Below, one piece after another: positions 10,775-20,000 of a stretch of DNA of 20,000 nucleotides. A program made the translations under genes and the position numbers. This DNA comes from Coniocarpon cinnabarinum. Its lineage: Eukaryota. The notes below the pieces were generated by a model. It had not been told where the DNA came from and ran no database searches. It worked only from the letters and a program-made list of their open reading frames with translations. Every line of letters starts with the position of its first letter. Positions within the stretch are counted from its first letter, which is position 1. The stretch lies in contig JAVECO010000123.1 of NCBI GenBank assembly GCA_051942205.1, positions 51,255-71,254 of the forward strand, given 5' to 3'.

Positions 10775-12430
10775 ATGTCTTCCGGAAAGCTCGACCAATC
10801 TCTCGACGACATTGTCAAGACCAACCGCCCACGCCGTGTGATTCGCCGCCGTGTTGTGAAAACGACAAAGACTGAAGCACCAAGTGGAGGAGTTACGAAA
10901 AAGTCACGTCCCAACAAGGGCGCCAAAGCCAGCAAATCAGCTACCGCCGCTGCCGAAGCAGCAGCAAAACTTCAGTCAACCGCTGCCGCTTCTACAAGAC
11001 GTGAAAGCAAGATTGTCGTTACTGGATTGGTTAGTTGAAAAACAACTCGGCGATACGAGAACCACATTCTGACATCATTTCAGCCTTCGGATGTCACTCA
11101 ACAGCAAATCAAGGTATGTTAAGGTTCCGGAGATCGGCCACGACATTTGGTTTCAAATCCTTGGAATTCGATTCTTCTTGCGATGCGGTAAAGAAAGATT
11201 CTGTTATCTGAGACACTGTTGGCTGGCACGCTCTGCTTGATGAGGATTTTTTTGCGCTGCAATCCGCGCTTCAAAATGCTTTCTATCCCTCTCCTGGGCT
11301 TCTAGCGGGCTTCTATCACGAGCTTAGAACCACAAGGTTTGGTCGCCTGGCAAGCACCACCTGTGGATAGCCGTGATTCCCGGACCCAGCGCCTGAGCTA
11401 TAGCAGAAACGTATTCACCTTGGCACGGTGACAGTCATGACTGATCGCATCAGATTGTTTGACGATGATCCGCCTGCGCTCAGAGTTTGCAAATATTGTC
11501 CAAGCCAGATTGCGGCAAGAAATTCCGCGAGGTTTGGTGTCGCTTGCATGTGACCATGTCGACGAGCAAGGGGAAGCACCTGTCCAAGGTTGATACTGCA
11601 CTCCAACCAGTATTTCGCCGCGATCATTGGAGCATACTCTGGGGTACTCAAACAGCGCGGGAATATTGGCTTGCAACTGCGGGTCGGATTCACTCGCCTT
11701 TCATGTCTGCCCCGTCTTGAAATTTGCCAGAGCGTCACGAGGAAGTTTGATTAGGAGCGTGCCAGCCTGCCGTTGATACAATACCTTTTACTTGATGGAT
11801 TGTCTTGACTCTGGACTAATCCATGCGGTGCTCAGGAATACTTTGCCAAAACCATTGGCGCAGTGAAAAAGGCCATGCTCACCTACGGACCTGACGGTCA
11901 GAGTCGTGGCGTAGCAACGATCATCTTCAGCAACCCGAACAGTGCACTCGAAGCCGCCACGAACCTCAACGGTGTCAAGGTCGATAACCGTGCCATGAAG
12001 GTGGGCACGCATTCCTGAATCAACACTCGAAACGTTTTCTGGACTAACATATACTCAAGATTGAGGTCATTGTTGGGGCTGAACAAGCTCCTGGTGCTGC
12101 CCCGGCCAAGGGGCTTGGGGATCGGATTGCACAGCCCAAGGGCCAGCCGAAGAAGGCGGAAGGTAAGGCAAGCACAAAGGCTAACGCCAAATCTGCCACG
12201 AAGCCTGCCGGCAAGAAGGGGAAAGCCACCAAGGGCGCAGGAGCTGCACGTCGTAAGCCAAAGACGACCGAGGAACTTGACGCCGAAATGACCGACTACT
12301 TTGGCCCTGGGACTGTAGCCACTGGTCAGGAGAACACGGCAGTCAACGGCAACACGATGGAGGACGAAATTATGGTGAGCGAAGCATTCGAGATCCCAGG
12401 GAGCGTTGACACTAATGCGTGACACAGTGA
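10775..12430 (+). CDS. YRA1: mRNA export adaptor / RNA annealing protein Yra1 (Mlo3/ALYREF). Model join(10775..11029,11084..11113,11836..12000,12060..12374,12428..12430), 255 aa
   Basis: N-box MSSGKLDQSLDDIV; RRM SKIVVTGL|PSDVTQQQIK|EYFAKTIGAVKKAMLTYGPDGQSRGVATIIF...LNGVKVDNRAMK|IEVIV; C-box KTTEELDAEMTDYF. Four phase-0 GT-AG introns with branch sites CTGAC, GACTAAT, GACTAAC and ACTAAT. Confidence 0.93.
11114..11835 (+). other. Long (722 nt) structured spliceosomal intron 2 of YRA1
   Basis: GTATGT donor, GACTAAT branch site (11814-11820), CAG acceptor. Removing it is required to complete the RRM. It contains the 13-bp inverted repeat 11221-11233/11755-11767. Confidence 0.9.
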
Positions 12431-15400
12431 GCAAGGGCTGTGATTGCAGTCTTTTGACATTACCGCAGCTTCACGAGGTTGCTTGTACCATATACCCAGA
12501 CTGAGAACTTTGACCTTCGACGCGCCAGACTGCGCAATGACACACTGTGAGACCTGGAGCAGGTCTAAGGGATCGGCGAGTTTTGTGTTAGTGATTTCAT
12601 CGATAGTCGCTTGCAATTGAATATCAACGAGCATCGAATGCATCATACAACGGTCTTACAAGAGTGCGCATCATTGTTTGTTGAGCCGCGTCTCAAAGCA
12701 TTGGAATTCTACGGAGTACAGAGCACGGGAAGGCGCGTGATTACCGGAAGAGGCGAGGCTATTGACGATGCAATGTGAAACGATGTGATGAAAAGAGACG
12801 ATGCCCTGCGCCGTTGACGCCTCATCACAATTTGGGCGCGCCGACCCTAGTCAGCCAGATACTCTTGCGCACGGCCGGCGTCCTTTTGCATCTGCTTCTG
12901 ACACGCGGCACGCCGTCCACCTGGTTATTTCCCCCACCTTATCTTGAGAGTTATTTTGCAATGTGGAGATGAAGATGGAGAGATCTCGTCTAAGCGATCT
13001 GAACAGGCCGTAAACATGGAGGGGCCGAGTTCGGGGTCTCGCCTACCGACGTGGCTGGCAACAGGGATCCAACTTTCAGAGAACGGCGCTGGTGTAGGAA
13101 GCGAGTGTCACGAGACTCGAGCTGTAATGGGATTCCTACATGCCTACAACAACCCCTCTCGATGCACCATGCACACGTTAGGTGAAAAGACGGTCGGGCG
13201 AGGGCAGTGTGATATGTGTTTGGCATCCATTGGCAAGAGCTCATCCCTCTGGCATGGTGAGGAGATCCTGGCGACATGAAAGCCAGATGCTTGATGTGGC
13301 TCTGAGCTCTGGCTCTGGCGAGTGCTGAGGCGTGATGCGGGCAGCTAGGATGATGGTATACGAGAGCCAGCGCAGATGTGATTGCAACGCCTAGCGAGTG
13401 CATTCGAGTGCAGCGACGTCGAAAGCGGCAAGTCGGTCGGTTCTGAATCCCAGACTGCCGGGGCGGCCATGGGGTGTGACGAGCACATTCCACATACACA
13501 CGAGCGGTGAGCAGCACTCAAATCATTGTCAAGCGCGAGTGGACTACGATCACCGCTGCGTCGCTCCAACACCGCCATTCGCAGCACGCTATCATCAAAG
13601 CACACGGCACATGAGAGGGGAAAGAGGGAAGATTATGGCTGTTTGGATCGAGTGCCAATGTGCTGAAGAGAGAGGGATGCGCGTGACCTGAGCGACGACG
13701 CTAGGCCTGCGAGGCGGCGGGTCACGTGTGCATCTGTCATGCTCGGTCTTTGCATCCCGCCGACGAGTGGGCGAGCGTGTTGGAGTGCGTCGTCCATGTC
13801 AGGACCTAGGGATTCAAGCCATCGAGGGATGTGCGTCGCGGCGGGCTCGACGGACGCGGCCAATGTGCGCCCAATTCGCAGGAGCCGTCTTCCGACTCGC
13901 AGAAGTTCATGCACCTAGGCGGATCGCTGTCGTGAACCTTTGCACAAGAGATGCGTCGCCGTCGAACGAAGCTGAGCTGTATGTCGTCCAGGGCCCTGTG
14001 CGTCGGCTGCGTGCCCTCTACCTAGACGCTCGATGCTACCGTCCAGCGACGCTCTTGCGCTCCGCCAGCGCGTGTAGATCGCTTCCTGCCATTGCAAGCG
14101 CGCGCTGGTTCCTGACCGCGTGGATGGCGGAGACTCGATCCACGTACGTCAGGGCGAGTGTCGTCCAGGGGCATGCCGTGTCGCCCATTGGACAGAGGCT
14201 GACGCAGGATCCTCACGCAGAATCAGCCCACCCGCCACGCTGACGTCGCGAGAAATGAGGGTGGCAGCTAGTGATGCGCGCAGAGTGGAAGAGTTGAGCG
14301 AGATGGTGAGAGCGAGGAGAGAGGATGGAGTGGGCGCTTGGGCTGGATGCTGTGGCCAATGACGGCGCGGAACGGGCCTTGACCACATCACACCTGCAGC
14401 ACCCAAAGCCTGCACTAACGCTCCCTCATCACACTCTTCTCCTCCACTCTTCGACTGTTCAGGCATCCCTCCACCCATTCAGGTGCCCGTTCGCTGCTCT
14501 GCCCTTGCTATTCGATAACCTTCTGCTGCCGCTAACAGATCTTCGGTCCTCTCGCCGACACCCGACTCGACTCCTTCCGCCCTCTCGCTCGCTCTCTCCC
14601 ACCACCCAGCAGGGAGGCTCCTCTTCCGCCCCAAGCTCACCATCGCTCCCTCCTCCAGTCCACCTCCACGTCCCTGAGGCGTGCGCCGGTCCTGCCCTCG
14701 ATCTGCAAGGGGACGCTCGACGCGCCCTCGTCCCCAGATCGCGAAGAAGCCAGCCACCAACACCGCAGCGCACGAGGCGGTTTCGGTCGTCGTCGTGGCC
14801 AAAACGCCTGTCCCACGATGCCCGTTACGCGCTGCTGGGAAGAGTCATCATCTCGACCCTCCTGCACGCAAGCTGCAGCCCGGCACATCCGCCGCACACG
14901 AATAACAACATGGCGTCGGTGCCAAAGAAACTTGAGACGCCGCGGCGGGAGTGCTGTCACTGCGTCCACTTGTTAGCTCCCGGCCTGGACCCTATCCGGA
15001 AGCGCCACTAGCATCGCTCGCCTTACCTTGAGTCCTCTGATTGATCGTCCGGAGGGTGGAGGTGTGAGGCCCTTAACAGACCGTGGGCTATTGCCTTTAA
15101 TTGCCCCATGCGAGTGGGATCGCCCTAAGTCGTGACTGTTGCGCATTCTGTTGCTCTGCGCTGAGACTCGGTTTCCCTTCTCTTTTTCTGTCTCTCTCTT
15201 TGCTTTCAGATTTGAGCTTATATGCACCTCTCGACGCGCCCAGTGTGTGCTCGTGTACCAAGGTAGCCTGTCCTGCAGCAGAGAGACCTAGCCACCAACG
15301 CTGCTGCTGCAGTTGAGAGGCTGCAAGCGGATCTTCTGCAGCGAGTCTCCACCCGCGTGTTAGTCTCGAGAAGGTACATCTGCAGGCCACGTTCGGAGTG

Positions 15401-15444
15401 AATGGTGCTACCACCTGCCCCTCTCCTTGCAGGTGGCTGTCAGG

Positions 15445-15582
15445 GTACGTTGCTGTACCCCGGCATTCCCTACTGCATGAGGGCTATTCTCGTCCTGTTC
15501 CTGAACCTTTTGATCCCCCCTTTCGCCTCGTCTGGGACGCACACTGCCAACGACCGTCTCACGCTGACGGCGTCGCCCCTAG
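15445..15582 (+). other. Probable 5'-UTR intron (138 nt) of the WD40 gene
   Basis: GTACGT donor, GCTGAC branch site at 15563-15568, TAG acceptor at 15580-15582, ending 31 nt before the ATG at 15614. Confidence 0.65.
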
Positions 15583-15613
15583 CCCGAGCTTGTGGAGCTC
15601 ACAGCATTCGAAG

Positions 15614-18600
15614 ATGAGTGCTGGGCAACCAACGCGGCATCACTCAGTCTCCTCCAGGTCACAGGGCTCACGGACCTCCAAGAGTGCCGGGACGACGCAG
15701 CTTCAACGACCGCAGCTCGACGACATCCAAAACGACTTCGAGCCCTGTGCGGCCACGCCCTCGTACTTTCTTCATGCGCAACGCAACGTGATCTTTTGCT
15801 TGCATCATGACACTCTCGCCATCGAGCGCAAGTTTGAGCAGCACAAGGAGGATGTGCTGCTCATTGCGGCCGACAACGTGAGCGACAATGGAGCCGGACG
15901 ACTGGTCGTTAGCTACGATGCTGGACAGAGGGCCATCGTGTGGAACCTGCTCACCGGGCAGGAGATCGCACGCTTCGACTCTTACGAACCTATCAAAGTC
16001 GCCGCTTGGATGCGAAATGGCTACATCGCGTTCGGTGAGTCCACCGTGCCATTCTTGGATACAATTTGGTTGCTAACCAAAATGCAAAGGCAACACACAG
16101 GGTCACATCATCCTCTTCGACCCCAAAACATCAGAGCACTTCTCAGCGCGGACAATCTACGACCCTGTCACAGCACTGGCACCGGCTCTGGATTGTAAGA
16201 CCTTTGCTATCGGGTAAGTAGTACAGGTCTCATTCTACTTTCACAGGTGTTGATGACAGTTAGGTATCTCAACGGCTCCATCTTGATCGCTAACATTGAG
16301 CCTTTTCATATCCTCAGCACTCTGAACAGCACAGGTAGGGAGCCATCGCCAATCACAGGTCTGGCCTGGCATGGATCATCGTCAAAGCAAAAGACCGAGA
16401 TGCTGGCTTCGCAAACTGCAGATGGCGACCTCAGAGTCTGGAGTGTTTCGAAACCGCCCTCGACAGATCCTGCGCGTGTCATTCGCCTGCTCGGAACGCC
16501 CGCCGCGTCTGACAGTGCTCGGAGCTGGTTTGGCTGGTCGAAGAACGGCCGGCTGCTTCAGCATGTCGACGGTCAAACTAAAGCTTGGGATGTTCGCACC
16601 AAGAAGGTAACGTACGTGAGTATACCAACTGTGCTGGACGTAGCCGCAATCACGAACTACGGCCCAACGGCAACTCTTTTCACCATCGGTCCGGACCACA
16701 TGATCCAACAATACGATGTCAACCCCCAAGGAGAACCGTCAATGGTCGCTAATGTCCAACACGCACCTGTGAATGCTCCACCAACACCTCCAGACTCGAT
16801 CCCGCGGGAGACGCCACCTCCACTGGAGCCGCCCACTGTGCCTATCAACATCGAGGCAAGCAGCAGCGAAGACGAGGGCATGGTCATGTCACCGCTCCAA
16901 AAGATTGCACAAGAAATGGATCAGATGGAAGAGGAGCGAAGAGATCGCGTCACCCCTCTTAGTCCTATCTCGAGTCGTGCTTCGATGAGTTCCGCTTCGT
17001 CGTATGGTCGAAGAGGTAAGCAAAAATCACGAGATAGATACAATAATTCCCGTGTCTCGGAGCGTGAATCCGAGGCTACCTTTTTCTCGTCGCTGTCGTC
17101 CACGCGAAGTGGTCGAGATAGTGTATCTATCCGCACGACGTCCTCTGCACAGCCGCGTTCGCAACCATCTTCTCTGCGACAAGAGATGCTACGGAGTCCC
17201 GATGACGACAAGGAAAAGACGTCTCTGGATCTCTTCCCATTCACAAAAGCCAGGCTCAGCGACGTCAAATTTCGAGCTGCCGACTACCGCAATCAGCGAA
17301 TGACGCCGGAGGTGCTTCGTCAGGAGATGCTGAGCGTCGTGTTCGGCTGGGACGACGATATCGAGGAGCTAGTGAGGGACGAGCAGTCCCGACACAGACC
17401 CGGCTCTGCCAGTTTCGTCTTGCTTGCGAAATGGCTGGGCGACGATGCTGCAGATGCTATGGCGCAGATGGTCGGTGCAGAATCCATGAGCTCTTCTGAC
17501 TGGATGCTACTTGCGCTCAGTTCAATGGGTCAAGGTTCTCAGAAACAGATCGGTGAGGCTTTCGTGAGGCGACTTCTCGAGCGCGACGAGGTGCACCAAG
17601 CAGTCGCCATTCTTTTAGGCCTGGGCCAAAGGAATGACGCGGTCGAAGCATATGTCTCACGAAAATATTACATTGAGGCCACTCTACTGACGTGCTTGCT
17701 CTTCCCTAGCGACTGGCAGAGGCAGTCGTATTTGGTACGCAAATGGGGTGAAGCGGCTGTGGGCCAGGGCCAACCAGAGCTTGCTGTTCGATGTTTTTCA
17801 TGTACGAGCATCGAGTCGTCAGAGCCTTGGTTCTCGCCGCGTGCTCAAGAAGAGGTCTACGCCGCTCAGCAGAAGCATATGTCGCCAACAAGTCCGCCAA
17901 ACTCTCCACCCTCGGCGGGCAACCCGAATCGTCTCACTGTGAAAAACGCAGCCCTCAAATTGAACACAAACCTTGACAATTCGTCCAAATCGCATAAGCC
18001 TCAGCCAACCACAACGACGCTGGGTGTCACGCCCATCATTGACTCTGCCATCTCTCCGATGGTTTCCGCTCCTGCTTGGAAACGATCCACTAGCCGAGGC
18101 CTGCGCGACCCATCGTCTGCCCGCACGGCTACTCCTCATGGATATGGCCGCAAGCGAGCAACGTCGCGTGATGTTGAAGAAGCGACTCCAGTCCCAGACA
18201 GTCGCCATGCGTCTCGCCCTGGATCTCGCACCAGCCACAAGGAACCAGGCACTGCCATCAAGTCACGCAAAGCAGCATCAGAAGGCCTTCCGTCGCCAGC
18301 CTCTGCGTTGTACAACGGTAGCCGTGGTGCGTCACGCAACCGGGGCAGCTCTCGCGACCGCAACTACCACGGATTGCACGTCGAGGTGGCTCATGTGCAA
18401 GAGCGCGACGACGCTCACTCACCATACCCGAGCACGGCGTCCAGTAGAGGCGGTCGTCGTCACCGCAAGTCTGTTGGATCGTTGGCATCTCACGACATGA
18501 GCCCACTCCCGACTGGAGACAGTACGCGGAGCTTCACCGGCCGCAACATTGACCGATACATCAACAGCCTTGAAGAGGCAAACATCGAAGCGGAGCAGAT

Positions 18601-20000
18601 TCGTGCGGAGAACAGATCACGTAGTCGTCCTCGAACCGGCAAAGACCGTTCGCCCTCTGGCTCTCGAAGCGAGGTTCGTTACATCAAACCTGCAAAGCGC
18701 TCGCCTTCCTCGCCTGTGCCGATGAGTTCAGACGACGCCCAACAATACCGCGACGCGAGCAAGTCTTCGGGACCAACGTCGCCTGTTGACTCTCGCTCTG
18801 GTCGTACTCGTGAAAGTCATCGAAGCGGAAGAGGTTCGTCGCGCACGCGTGGGTCGTCTCATCAACCTCGTGAAGAGGGCTCGCCCGAACGTCCAGCGAG
18901 TCGTAACACTGCAGCGTCTTCGTCTCGGAAAGATCGTCATAGGAGTCCAGAGCGTGATGAGCGAGGTCGCCATCATCGGAAGCGTCTGAGCTCTGGTGCA
19001 CGTTCTCCTCCGTCGCCGCAACCAATGGAAGCGTACAACGAAGAGACATTTGACGCAAGCCAGCATCAGCATCAGCAACGCCAACGGTCTCGATCTCGAC
19101 GTCCATCCGAGACTCGCCGTCAACACTCGCCTGATCATCTCGAGCCTCGTGCTCGCTCTTCCAGCCGGCACGCGCCTGCTTCTGCGACTCGCCAGCGCTA
19201 CTCCGACGAAATCTCCGACGGCAAACCCTCGCCGACGCACCTTGCCGTCGCAGAGCGCTCTGGTCGACCTCGGGCGATGTCTCGCAAGGAATTGGCAGCC
19301 AAAGAACTTGAAGAACGCCGTCTGTCTCTTGCTCGTCGCCCCTCTGCGCCTGCCATTCCCCATCCGGAGGAACTTTCTGGTGGCCGCCCAGGGCTCTCAC
19401 CGATCGGTGATATTGGCCCAACACTGAACCCGACATCGTACTTTGGCGACAGTCTCGGCAAACATCGTTCGCGCACTGTCGATCCGGAACAACTGCGTGG
19501 TCACAAGCCCAGCCACTCGTCGGGAAGCAAAATGCCTGCCATTGGCCTTCCAGCAACACCGCGCGCCATGCGCCATCCTCGATACATGTCCTCCGACCCT
19601 GACGAGCGCGACAAGGTCCCAGCTGTGCCTCAACTGCCCGCCGCATACGCCAACGCCTCTACTTCCAACCTCACCATTGACACGGCCGTCAAGCCAGAGG
19701 ACGACGACGTCGGGCCTCTTCTTCCCTCCTCCGTCTACGGCCAAAAGGGTGGACCTCGATCTGCCTCGGCGCCTCCAGAACAAACACTGCTTCCTGTTTC
19801 CCGACCTCGCGCCAACTCCAGCTCGAAATCTCATTCCCGCAAGAACTCTTCTCACAACCAACGTAGTCCCACTAAACCTCCTCCACCACCGACGTCCACC
19901 GACCCACCCCCAGCCGCCAGCGACGAAGTCATCATCGTCGACGCCTCGGAACCGCCCATGCTGCCCGAATTGCAACATCTCGCCACGCCTCCCCCGCCAC
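15614..20000 (+). CDS. Large fungal WD40-repeat protein with a central helical (TPR-like, possibly Gemin5-related) domain and a long R/S/P-rich disordered tail. Model join(15614..16034,16090..16213,16264..>20000), >1420 aa, 3'-partial
   Basis: WD-type repeats (RAIVWN, IILFD, DLRVWS, TKAWD, IQQYD). Introns 16035-16089 (GTGAGT...GCTAAC...AAG) and 16214-16263 (GTAAGT...TAG) keep the frame. The frame from 16265 was open in every stretch I translated and is still in phase at the window end, which explains its absence from the ORF track. Helical domain near 17300-17820 (DWMLLALSSMG...EAFVRRLLE...AVAILLGLG..NDAVEAYVSRKYYIEA). The Gemin5 link is from recollection only. Confidence 0.85.

Noticed and set aside
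11294..11436. H/ACA snoRNA reading (hairpin, ATAGCA H box, short hairpin, ACA)
   Set aside because: The second hairpin is too short for a pseudouridylation pocket and conflicts with the stronger 11411-11430/11577-11596 helix.
11398..11738. ORFs of 77-107 aa inside the YRA1 intron
   Set aside because: Mostly near-cognate starts, random-looking composition, and no homing-endonuclease or other motif.
15470..15520. TGAACCTTTTGATC, resembling part of a TPP riboswitch aptamer, in the 5'-UTR intron
   Set aside because: It lacks the TGAGA and TAAT...GCG core and the required pairings, and the gene is unrelated to thiamine.
18684..19978. Long minus-strand ORFs (320, 211 and 193 aa) and alternative-frame plus ORFs
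   Set aside because: They overlap the GC-rich, low-complexity exon of the WD40 gene, where stop-poor shadow frames are expected.

Overview
Gene-dense euchromatic window from a filamentous ascomycete (Pezizomycotina-type short GT-AG introns with CTRAY branch sites). It holds six housekeeping protein genes and one tRNA: an inositol hexakisphosphate kinase (KCS1, +), a TTC1-like TPR protein (+), the Hsp90 co-chaperone p23/SBA1/wos2 (-), ESCRT-III VPS24 (+), an intronless tRNA-Cys(GCA) (+), the mRNA export adaptor YRA1/ALY (+, 5 exons), and the 5' part of a large WD40 + helical-repeat + R/S/P-rich protein (+, runs off the window). No mobile element or CRISPR array is evident. The best candidate for something undescribed is the 722-nt second intron of YRA1. 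It lies at the same codon position as the autoregulatory intron of budding-yeast YRA1 (compared from memory). A perfect 13-bp long-range helix closes a ~550-nt domain of nested hairpins within it, with C/D-box-like motifs just inside the closing stem. Other leads are a CACGTG cluster upstream of KCS1, an Hsp70-like tail on p23 next to a TPR clamp gene, and a spliced, uORF-containing leader on the WD40 gene. All gene models and structures were derived by eye and need RNA-seq or comparative confirmation.
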